Assembly: GCF_964204645.1 (NCBI RefSeq)
Contig: NC_134035.1
Span: forward strand, 8,960,451-9,024,450
Length of the DNA: 64,000 nucleotides
Direction: 5' to 3'
DNA from: Tubulanus polymorphus
Lineage: Eukaryota > Animalia > Nemertea
Made by a program: the position numbers and the translations under genes
Part shown: positions 38,401 to 51,300 of the stretch, piece by piece
Layout: every line of letters begins with the position of its first letter
How positions within the stretch are numbered: the stretch's first letter is position 1
The notes under the pieces: generated by a model
Seen by the model: the letters and a program-made list of their open reading frames with translations, nothing else
Told to the model about the DNA's origin: nothing
Database searches by the model: none

Positions 38401-41400
38401 TTATTGTGGGATATTCAAAGGTGTAAGTTGCAGATTTTTTTAGATAGATTGTTATTGATTTTCTGTGTACATTTTTGTATAATTCTAGAATACTGGATCG
38501 TACTCCGTCTGTTAAACATCAAACCGACGAACCGAGCGAGGTATCGATGCGCGGCTGGCTTTATAAACAGGAACGAGGAGCGATTCGCACGTGGAAACGT
38601 CGCTGGTGCGTTCTAGCCGACTTCTGCTTGTTTTATTACAAAGGTACGTCGTCGTAATTACCGTCACGGAAATCGCTAAAAAGTCATGGAAATCACTAAA
38701 TCCCAGTGACACAAGAATCTGCGCAGACGTTGCCATTCACGTATTCATCTATTCATATTTTCTATCCAATTTAAAACTTTGATTTCGTGTTTCTGTATCA
38801 GCGTTCTCCATATGCTGGAATTTTACAACTGCATTCATTGTTAGGTGGATGACGTCGTGGCTGCTGAGGTAGCAAGGCTTTCGATCCCCCAAAAAATACT
38901 GAAAATTTAATTCTTGATTTCGGTAGGCCTATAATCTTCAATTTCTCACATTAGCTCAATACATTTCAATTGTACAGTGTACATTACAATTGTACATTTT
39001 GATTGTACAGTGGCGTTGGAAGTGCAGCGACTGCAGCGATGAAAGCCGCGGCAATAATTTACTGAATGAGGTTTTTTTTTTTTCTTTGAATACCACATTT
39101 TCGAAGAAATTAAGTTAATTCACAGCGGCAATATTTAGAACCTGTCAAAAATCGGTTTGGCCGTGGCAATCAAAAATTGCTTCCAACGCGCCTGTTGCAT
39201 CTTGACATCCACTCTAGTAGGGGCAGCAGATATTTCATAAATGGGTGGCTGATTTTCAGTGGGGTGGATGTAAAAATGACGGGGGTGGCCGCCCCTCTAA
39301 AACCTGTTGCGGAGGGAGAACACTGACTCGTATTCAACAGTCAGTCAATTCTGACTACAAAATGATTTCTATTACGGCGCGGTGTAAAAGCGTTCGTTGT
39401 CATTTGTCGGGAACAGATTAGTTTATAATAGTGATAGATTCGTGGAAGGTGCGTTCGACTGATAAGATTTTAAACCCCCGTAAAGCACCATGGTTACTGG
39501 CGCTAATTTAATATTTGTTAGTCGACGACGCTGTTTACCTCCCCGACCGATACTGACTGACGCCTGTGAGCGATTCTCGTCTAGATGATCAACGCGAATG
39601 AAATCCCGTTGTTGATGATGATTTTGTTTGCTTCGTAGATTTATCCGAATCTGGATCGTCGAAGGGTTCCATATTACTGCCTAGTTATAAAGTAAACCCG
39701 TGTTCACGAGAAGATGGCATCAAACGCAAATTTGCGTTCAAGGTATTTGACTTTTTCACGTATATTTTCTGAATAAATTCTATTCCCGCGCTGAATTCAG
39801 TCTTCAGGGGCTTGTTTTATAGGCTGATATTAACTTCTTCGGAGGCCATAAACCCAGGGTTTAACTCAATTGATAATGAATTCAGTTAGCCCCTGGTTTA
39901 AGGTTGATATCAGTCTATAAAGCCATCCCTGGACCCAGTTCCACAGTCATGACTTACAGTTAACTCTTGAGTTAGTTCATTTTCAATGAGTTAAGTCTGA
40001 GTTATGTCTTAACTCAGAACTGTGGAACTGGACCCAGGAGAATTGTAGAGGAGCCCTGTCAACCTAGAGTCGAATCATAATACGTTAAGACAAATAGTAC
40101 TTTAAAGGTTAGCTAGATTTTATTTGAAGTACAAGCTTTCTGCTACTCGTGCATAGTAGCTTCATCTAGTAAATTAGTAAGTCAATGCAGAAACAACAGT
40201 AATTCTGTTCATTCTCCCTATAAATACTTAATGTATCTGCATTGACTTTACTCATTTATCTGATGAAGCTTCTAGGCATTAGTAGCGAAAGCTTGTACTT
40301 AAAATAAAATCTAGCTAAACTTCAAAGTTCTAATTGCCTTCACATTTAGGGTTAAGATTTTAGTTTGTTGTCTTGTATTGAGAGGTGAAACTGGGCCCTG
40401 AAGTTTATCGGTAAATATGATTTGCCCGTATACCGATAAACGTACTTATCACTTCTTCTCTTTTGCAGATTGAACATGAAAATATGCAAACATACTATTT
40501 CGCTGCTGAAAATAAAGATGACATGCATCGATGGATGAATGTCATTAGTTTAGCAACAATAGTCCATAGAGATCACAGGTGAGAGCTAGGGAATAGTTTA
40601 TCTAGCATACTGACCGAGATTTTCAAACTACTGCAAGCTGTCGCCATATAGGTTCATATTTTACTGCATTGTGTCACGACTAGGAGATTATCACTAATGG
40701 CTTTTTATACTATAAATAGATATGCATTTAGTTCACTATAACATGATTGCAGTGGGTACATTTTTTGCAAAGTCAAGAATATTTTTTGAATTATTGACAA
40801 TTGAAAAGGAAATGGCAAATTTATCGTAAATTCTGTTTGTGAAACTGGCTTTAAGTAAGATCCACGTTAAAGGTTCAAGTTGAATGAGTTACCGGTATGA
40901 ATCATTTATACGGATAGAGCTGTAACATAACTTCCTACAACTGGTGCTTGGTTGAATCTTGTACATTTCAACCTCCCTAAATAGGAACCTCTCCAAAGTG
41001 AACACCCCCCTAAAGTGAACACCTCCCTTAATGATCTTGGGTAGAGAGTTTAAATAGTCCGGGAGTAACTAGAATAAACTCATATCAATACTCGTTAGAA
41101 AATGAGATTTGAACTGGTTTTGCTTCTATGGATTTTCAACCTCCCAGAATGAACAGTTATTCTCCGAACCAACCAAAATTTTCTGTGAAAGTGATATCAC
41201 AATAGTGAACATTTTTCGTGGAAGCACGAATTTTCACTGTATAGATATTTAACCGCGATCGAAATTGATGACATTTTTCTTTTTTCTTCTCAGTTTGGAA
41301 AATACTTATCAAAACGGTGCAACGCAACTTAAACGCGGTTTAAAAAACGGTTTGGACGAAAACGACAACTGTCTAGTCTCCGCGACGACCGGTGCTAAAA

Positions 41401-44400
41401 ATCTAACGGACGGCGAGTCGGAGCGTCTGCGCGTGCTCACTCCGAACAGACCGGCGAAAATGGATTACCAGAGTATTAGCCATCAGAAACCGTTGAACGG
41501 ACAGTATTATCACGATCATCATGATCACGACGACGTCCATTCGAATTTTGCTCAAAACGATCGGCGCGACGATGGTAAGAGTTCGCGGGTGTACGCCGGA
41601 CGAGTTAACGCTCGAACTCTAAATTACGACGATTACATGGATATGAATAGCGCGTACGATCGACGCGGCGATTCGGCGCGAAATCCGTCCGGGAATTCGG
41701 ATCCGCAACGGAACGGGTATTACGCGGATCGAGGCGCGGTTCGCGACGCCGAACCGATCTACGAAAATCAGGGGGTTTATAATCGCGGCGAGGCGGAGCG
41801 CGTTCGTTCGCCCGGCGACTCGGAGCAACGTCCGCCGGTACCGGCCGAGTTTCGAACCCGATTCATCGAACAGCTAGCCGACACGCAAACGCCGACGACG
41901 CGAACGTCGTATCTGATGTCGGCTTATAACGAAGAAAAGAAGAAATCGTATCCGACGTTCTTCCAGTTTCCGGAGTCTCCACCCTCGCAGGTAAAAAGAA
42001 ACATGTAGATTTGGGACCGTAGACTAAATAGCCTCCGATCAGTTCTTTCGGATTTTTACATAGAGGTGAATCAGTTGAGAATCACAATATCCATGATAAA
42101 ATCCCTCATTGTACGGACGAATCTAAAAAGAGTTTATTTAAAAGTTAGAAATATTTCGGATGGTTGCTACCACCCTTCTTCAGTCTTAAAATACTGAATA
42201 CGTATTCATTTGCAAGTGATTTTAGACTGGCGAAGGGTGCTGGTAGCAACCACCCGTAAACATTTCTAATTTTCAAATAAACTTTTTAAATTCATTCATA
42301 CATTGTGGGATTTGTACTCATATATAGAGATAATGCAACTGACATCAATTAGCGTCGTTGGACGTCAAACACAGGCTGCTAAATGAAGTAAAAATGCAAG
42401 GTTGACCGGCATCTTTTGTCCATATGACGCATGTTTACAACATGGATGATGTCCATGTGTTACCTCGATATAGGGTCAGAAATACGTCTGGTTTGGAGGC
42501 CATGAAAATTCATCTGACTCGAGAAAGTGATTAAGTTCTTCAATAAATGGTCAGAAATAAGACTGTTTTTTGTTATTTAAGACCATGAAAAAATCTCCGA
42601 TTTGAGCAATATCTTAGTTCTCTTGGGTCAGAAAAATATGAGCTGAATGATAAGTTTATATTTAGGTCCAAACTTGAGCAGAGTCTACTGTAGTTAATTC
42701 GTTTCAGCTAAATCAGTTAAAATCCATGGTAAATGCTAAAATCCATAAATCGTTAGATTCGTTCGACGTATGTAGTTGAATAAATTTCGGATTTTGATTT
42801 ACAGTTTATCATCACCAGCTGGTCGTGGGTTGTGAGAGTCAATTACACTGGGCACATGCGCACCGCTACACGCTGCGCTGCCTGCCGGGCGGTCGCAATC
42901 ATTGAATTAAATCCTTATAACGATGATAATGTAATTAATTAGTTCAATGCGATGATGCTCGAATTTATTTCATTACATATTAACACGTTGTTCATTTACT
43001 ACACAGTTAGTACTATATACCGCGACCGTACAGCGTGGTGTCAAGTCAATGACACTTTTCACTATCAAATCATTCCGCTGAATTCAGTATTTTACGTTAT
43101 ACTGTAGGAATTTAAAGCCTAGCGCACATCGACACTGCGATTGGAGACAACTAGTTGCAAGGCAGTTTTCGGCGCATGAGAGGAACTGGCTGGATACGAT
43201 CAGTTGCTTGAATGTGTCGATGTGAGCGAGCTTACGATTGGTAAGCGTCGATCTATCTCCAGTTCCAGCCAGTTGCCCATGTTCTACTTTTGAGCACCTG
43301 GTTGTACTCAATCGCAGTCATATCCGTCGATGTGCGCGCTCTGGATCTCGACGATCGACACGCGCCATGCAGTTGCTGCAACTGACCGGTTGTAACTAGA
43401 TTTCGATGTGCGCGGGGTAATCGTTCGGTAGCAACTAGTTGTCTCCAATCGCAGTGTCGATGTGCGCTAGGCTTTAGAAAAAGCTATGATATGAAGAAAA
43501 GCTACAAGAGTATTTAACCTTTCCTCTCAATTCTATGAGCCATTTTCGGAGACTTCAAAATTTAAGCCACTTGTCTATCAAACTGATACTGTAGGATCCA
43601 CACTTATACTTTTTGGAATTATTGCCTCTAACCATTGTCCCTTTCCTTGGTGGTGATGTCTCATCTGAGCATGTATGTACCCAAAAGTTTCCCGCTAAGC
43701 CAAGAACACAGGCGATGCGGATATATGTCTTATCCCTAGCTCCATCTCGCGTGACATATGTTTACTGATATAATCTGAAATAATGATTTATTTACTAATG
43801 ATAATATGTACAACATTATAGACATATACATAAGTTCTTTAGATATGATTTCATGAATAAATAGGTACATGAATAAGAAGGACAACCCAAACCCTAGGGG
43901 CTGCACCTCGTTAATATCACCTCGTTAATATCGCTGATAAGCAGAGATTTGTGTTATGGGTGTAACGATACGGTTTGTCATTGAATCAACACATTTTATC
44001 ACCTCGCCTATTTTAGGAACAGAGATCAGTGCCGAAATTGACTGCAGCGCCGCCGTCAAATCGAAGCCAGCAGCCGAAACAAGAAGAATGGCAGATACAC
44101 AGAGGTTAGTCCTGAATACCGGATCTCTTTTAACTCTGGACCCCAGATCCAATGTGCGAGTTTAAGTTTATCGAACAATCTTCAATCAAATGTGTAACTA
44201 AGGCCTCTGGAGCCGGTTCCATAGTTAGTCCTTAGACTTAAGACCAATATAAGATCATCTTAGTTCTATAGCTAATTTAACAGCTTAAGACCAGTCTAAG
44301 ACCAACTTAATTCCAAAGCCATTCTAACAATTTAAGACCAGTGTTTAGATTTAAGACAACTTTTTGAATTAAGTCTAAACTATGGAACCGGTCCCTGGAT

Positions 44401-45301
44401 GTGTATAAGTCTATACTTTTAATCCAGTTAGTAAATGAATGCTAGAATAAATGTTTTTTGATAAGATTTGATTTGTAAATCCAGGAATAACGTGTTGATA
44501 TTACCGATTACAGGCCATAGAATTCGGGTATTGGTCCAGCGTTCACCTAAAGGTAACACTAAGGTGTGACAGTCCTTTAGTTTACATTTATTGCGGCATG
44601 TTGTTCGTTTCGTTACGCTGCATTTTTTGTTGTTACAAACGTTGAACTGCACTTCGTTAGTTAAAATTCACCCTTCAAAATTGTTAATTGTATTTCCCCC
44701 CCTCGAAAGCTTGCTGCGTATACCGTAGCTGACAGCACAGTGCAAGACCACCTTACCGCTTAGTAAATATGCTGTAATCGTACATGTCAAAGCCAAACTA
44801 TGATATATACAGAATTTATGGAATTCCTTTGTACACTTTAGCATTGTCGAGCATGAATCGCATGAAAACAGTTAATAACCGTATTGTTTAATAACATTAA
44901 TCACGCAACACTTTGTTTCAATTATTATGATGTTTATTTTCAATCATTATCCGTATATACAAAGCACCCGAAGGCAAAACTGCGTTCGCACAATGAAACG
45001 GCTCGGCTTTTACAAAGTGTCTTATTGTGTAACGCGACTAAGACGCATAAGAAAAGGAAATTGAGAGAAAAAAAACGTAATCTATGACCCTTAAACAAAA
45101 TACATGTATATGTATGTGTATACGTGATCGAGATAACAAACACGGTCTAAGCCCCGGGCCGCGTTCTATTCGATATATGCGATCAAATACACGCAGAAGA
45201 GTTGACGAGTGCTCGTTAACTTCATTTAATTTTCGATAAATTGAACGCCGCGTTTCTTTATCGTGCGTCATATATGTATGTGTATATAGGGGCGGGTATT
45301 C

Positions 45302-45355
<54 letters not shown>

Positions 45356-48300
45356 GATTGAAACATCGGTCGTCGTCGCGCGTTTTATACCTGAAATATG
45401 AGTAACGCGTGTGAATTATTGTTTACCTATAAAACCGTGCGTTCGTATCTCGTGTTCGAACGATAGCGCGTTACATTCTATCCTATCGGGCGTCGGATTG
45501 GCAAAATATGAAACCTAAGAACTTCCGTCGCGTGATTGGATTTGCTAACTTCGTTATAGATTTAGAGAGTGGATATTAGTCAATTTGCGAAACGGATAAA
45601 GCCTGTTTTGTAGTGATATACGGTTATTACTGTTTAAAGTCACGTCTGTTGCACTGATTTAGTTTTAGTTTTTTGTTTCGATGTTGTTCGTTGTTAATAG
45701 TTTCGTCGATTGTTCTTGCTTACTTCAGCCGTTCCCGTGCGTCTGATCGACGACCACGACCGGTCGCGACCAACAAATCCGCCCGAAAACATGTACGAGG
45801 AAATTTGGACGGGCCGACAACAATCGATGCCGTCTTTGCGAGTCGTTGACGACGGCGGTGGTCTGAAAGCGTCGAAGGATCGCTGGTCGATGATGCCCGA
45901 CCTGTTACGCGACAGTGATCGCGATGTACGTTATTCAGAGGAGGGAAACGATACGAGTACGAATAACGCGCGAAGCGTGAGAAAAATTCCGACCATTTGC
46001 TCGCTGGAATTGAAAGCCGAACTGGAAAGTCATTTGTGTAAAAAAGTCGCCGAATCGCGGACGAAGTATCACAGAGTCGGACGAATAAACGGTCCGTATT
46101 TGTTGACGCCGGCGTGTTCGCATCCGGAATGGGGAAACGGCGATCTGTATTATCTGAGTAGTTCGCGCGACGAGACGGACAGCTCGCCGGAGGTGACGCG
46201 CGTCGGCGAATCGTGGGACGGTAAACCGCATACGTGGAACAGCGTTCTAGACCACCTCGACGAGATCGCCGAACGCAACCGCGAGATCAAGTATGTGATG
46301 TCCGATTCGAATATCGTCGGGCACGTCAGTCCGCGCGGCGTCGAACAGCTGAAGCGTAAAGATCGCGAATACGAGAAGCTCTTCCGCACGCAGAGTTTAG
46401 AAGTTCCGTCGGCCGCTCGACCGCGGGTGACCGTTAAACGCGGCGAACGGACGGCCGATAGCGGCGACGAGTGCGACGAGATCTGGGCCGTCTACGACCC
46501 GGACGAGGTGAGGAATATTTTCGGCGGCGGGACGAGCGGAGCGCGGATGGTTTTCATGAATAAAGGGCAAGACGAGGCGGCGCGTATGAATTATACGCCG
46601 CCCGACGATATGACCGAGATTACGGAAGAGGGGTTCGAGCCGCGTAAATCGACGAGCAGCTCGCGACCGGACGACGAGAACATCGAGGAGAATCTACGCG
46701 GAAATACGCTGTCGGTTCAGGATTATCTGCGTAATACGCAACAGCAGTATCCAGCAGCTGCAGCTGGCAGAGAGAACGCAGCTGATCGTGCCGCTTATCC
46801 GAGCGATAATCAGGATCTAACGATGAGCGCCGACGATGACGACAGCCCGATTAAGAGTTTACAAGATTATCTCACGTTTACGAAACAGCGAAATTCGGGA
46901 CAATTTTCGGAACCGTGTTCCGACCAGCAGCAGCAGCAGCAGCAGCAGCCCGTCGCGACACAGGATCAAACGCATTCGGGGCAACAGTTCGAATTTGAAC
47001 CTCGAAAATTCGACTACACGCTGCCTGACTATCTGCGTTTACCCGAAGATAGAAATTCCGCAACTGCTGATGATTCCGTCTTTACGCCATATTCGATACA
47101 AACTCGACCCAGATTATCATCTGATCCAAACATCAAAGACAATGACGGTGGAAACGTGCTGGCAAGATGGTCCGCAGATCCGCTGTTAGCGGATCCACGA
47201 TTTGTAGATCCACGGCTAGCTGATCCACAATTTACGGATCTGCAGTATGCAGAAAAACGATATGTAGATCCACAGTTAGCAGACCGACGCTTTGTAGATC
47301 CACAGTTAGCAGATCCACAATTTGTAGATCCACAGTTCACAGACCAACGCTTTGTAGATCCACAGTTAGCAGATCCACAATTTGTAGATCCACAGTTAGC
47401 AGATCCACGATTTGTAGATCCACAGTTCACAGACCAACGCTTTGTAGATCCACAGTTAGCAGATCCACGATTTGTAGATCCACAGTTAGCAGACCGACGA
47501 TTTGTAGATCCACAGTTAGCAGATCCACGATTTGTAGATCCACAGTTAGCAGAACCACGATTTGTAGATCCACAATCAGCAGACCGATTTGTAGATCCAC
47601 AGTTAGCAGATCGGGGATTTGTTGATCCACAGTTGGCAGAATCGCAGATTCTAGAGCCGCTCAATGACAGTATCAGACAAGATGAGGCCGAACGTTCTCA
47701 ATTGGAACAGGATCCATTGAACGAGAGCTGGCCTCTCGGATATGAGGCCGGATATACCGATATCCCGGGATATGAACATACCGGATACGTTAATCTAGCT
47801 ACAGGTTTGTGACTTCGTAACCCAAACATCTACGAACGGGTGTCATTAATGAACCTAGCTTTAGCTTCTTAACCAGTCTTAGAGAAATCTATGTTTGTGT
47901 GTGTGTGTTCGTGTAATCTTAGGTGTAAGGTAGATCATTTTTAATCGCTGTTTAATCAATTCATGATCTCTTGTCCTCATTCCTCTTGGTTTTGGTTGTC
48001 TAAAGTTCTGTAGTTTTTGTGGGTAGACATTTTAAAGTCTGAATTTTCCATATATAGTCGAAGCTTCAAAACTGCAGAACTGCAAGGGCGGATCTAGGAT
48101 TGAAAATCGAAATGGTCACTCAAGGGTAGATTTGGCAATGAATGCGCGAAGGCTATAAGCGTGAGACATTTGTTGGGGTTCGGGTGGCCCTCCCACAGAA
48201 AGATAAGGACAAAAAGGGGCTTTTCTGGCCCTCATCAATTGGGGCCAATTTGGATTTATTTTTCGTATTTTAAAAATTTTCTTTGCAAAATAATTTTTGG

Positions 48301-51300
48301 CAGGTACACTTGAATTTTGAAGACCAGTCCGCCCCTGAATCCGCCCTTGAACTGAATCCCCGGTACTGGGTTATATATGTCTGTATATATGTCTGTATAT
48401 ATGTCTATATGTATGTATGATCATTACTAGTATGAATATGTATTTCGCAGATATGAATCATGGAAGCATATCGTATTACATTGTCGCACATATAGACAAA
48501 AACTCAGCTCATAGTGAATGCAGTGGATGTGTTATATGTTTGCACCTGCACAGTATTTCAGTGATATCGGAAACTTATAAAAAGTTGTAGCATATGAATA
48601 ATCTGCGTTGAAATATCTCTGTTTATTTTCTGCTTTCAAGAGCTATACAGTTGGTTCTGTATGTCCTCTTAAACCGTAATCTTGGCCCAATTTTCAATTC
48701 TTCAGACATAAATGATATATTAAAAAGTCCTCAAGTTTGCTGACATGGTTTTTTGTACATTGATAACAGAGATGTTTTGACAGACGCGGTAATATGGGTG
48801 CTGTAGTTTTATTTCATTAGCTTGTTTCTCTCATTTGTAAGTAGCTGAGAGGATCTGATACTGTTTCGATAGAAGCTTACGATGGATATATTTTTCATGA
48901 GGTGTGTGACCAGTACGATATATTCGATTCATCGTAGAATCTAGATATATTTAATGAATGATAATCTGAAAGCGTAACAACAATGATATATTCATAGTTT
49001 AGTTGATAAACCCTATTATGATATCGTAGTACGCATATATCATGTTTTCATTAAAAATCTGGCTCAATTTGATGATGACGCATTTATTAGTTATACGTAC
49101 GTAGGAATATGTGCGATATCGAACCAGCCTGTCGTTGAGGGTCCGCGAACACATGCGACCAATAATACCAACTGCTCATAACAAATATCGTCTCACGTTC
49201 GTAATAAAACCTACGACTAGCTGTTGCGTTATATAGATCGAAATTAACTACCAGCAGAGAATATTGTTATTCTGAATGTTTTTCGCGTTAATTATTACAG
49301 TGCCTGCCGATCAGAGAAGAGATATCCCGTTGTCGTCTGCGCCTCCGTCTTCCACGGCAAATCCTCCGCAACGAAACCATGATTTGATTCCAGCCATCAA
49401 CACGATAAAGGAGGATCCCGAGATGCCGGACGCTGATATACTGGTTTGTACGATTTCCAACAGGGTGGCCACTTACCTACTGGGAATCGGGGAAAAGTCA
49501 GGGAATTGTCTTTTCTTTATAAAAGTCAGGGTATATTGAGGGAATTTTGTAAAAAGCTTAAAATCAGTGAAAAGTCAGGGAAATTTGTTGAGATTGCTAG
49601 GTCGCACGTATTGACTCCGTTAATTGATTAGATTCTTAGCAGATCAGGTCAGGGAAAACAACATGCATGTCAGGGAATAGTCAGGGAAAAAGGAAGTCAA
49701 AAGTGGCTACTCTAAGTTTGTTTAGTCCATACACATCCATGCGTTTCATGTTTAAAATCATCTCATCTGCTTCCAGGAAACACGTCTGCGAAGTTTACGA
49801 AAAAATTACAGTTTGCGTAACGGACAACGAGTTCGACTCAGTATACAGATGGCTGATCTCGAAGGCAAATCGGTAAGTCCCTGCAGTCACTTAGTACAAT
49901 GGACCCGGTTCGACAGTTGTGAGTTAGAAGAGTTAACTCCGAGTTCAAAATTAGTTCATTTTCAATGTTTTAACTCATATATCTTGAGTCAAATGTTAAC
50001 TTGGAACTGTGGAATTTACTCAAACTTATTGAAAATGAAATAATTCTTACTCTAACTCACAACTGCGAACTGGGTCTTGGATCCTGTTTGATAGGTCTGG
50101 TTTAGAATTTGGCTTAAACCATGTGTACGATTGACTAAGAGGCTGTCTCTACATGGGCCTATGGCCTTTGATGGTAAATAGTGATATGATATAATGATTT
50201 CTGGTTACAGCACGAAGAGTTGGTTTTGTTGTTGATTCAACTGCGTCGCGAACAGTCGACTCTAGAACGTCAGCGAGATCACCTGAGAACTGTGTTAGAC
50301 GGACAACGCGACAGTGAGAAGCAGTACAAGAGTTCGTGAGTAAAATCGCAACCATCCTTATTCAGACCGTGGTGATTTGCAATAATCAACAATCGTTTAA
50401 TGAACATGCTTGTATTTTATAGAATCGATGAAAACCAAGATCCGAGCGGCAGTTTGGTCAATCAACACGAGAGTTACATGATTACGAAAGCTCAAATTAA
50501 CGATTTAGATAATCAGGTAGATTTGATACAAAGTCGAAACTTTACGATGAGTTTCATAATGATTCTTACCCTCGTACAATGCATTATACATTGTAGATAG
50601 AGGTACAGAAACCGTTAGTAAATCTATTGGATAATCTAGTGAAAATGGGCAGCCTTTATAACGGACAGACGGACATGTTACTATCGCAGTATAAAACAGT
50701 AAGTTTTCGATCGTTTCAATCTCACATCTTTCATTTATAGCGATTGATGTTCAGTTATTGTTGATGGTCGTGATTTTGTAGCACATGCTGTCACCGGATC
50801 AGATCAAACCTGAGAAAGAGATGTTGACATTTACGCGTCAGTTACAAGAGGATAAACTGGTTAAAGGTCAACAAGATGACATCGATCAACTTCGTCAAGA
50901 AGATGCAGATCTCGAGGTACGTGTAAATATATAGGTTTCATAATTACAGGCTTCATAGTGTTCAGAGTCAGTGAAATTCTATGAATTGACATTTGCTAAA
51001 AATCACAGTCCGACAATCAGGGAGTCTGTGGACCCTGTAGGTTCTCAGTCATTTTGTACATCGTAGCAATAAGATGCACAATTTCTTGATTGATATTTTA
51101 GGAGAAGTTACGTAAATTGCACCTGCTAGATCGTGAACTGCAGGAGTTATCAGTTGCTGTTACAAGTTTAAGGGAAGATAAGGTGAACATTTATCAGATC
51201 ATATCACAAATATCCGATAGGTACACTTCGTATTTGTAATGTATTGTTTCGATTGTTTAGTTGATGATGGAAGGCGCCATCTCTGATACGAAACGCGAAC

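Noticed and set aside
47029-47664. Antisense 211-aa NCGST-repeat ORF
   Set aside because: Mirror of the sense decapeptide repeat; no independent support.
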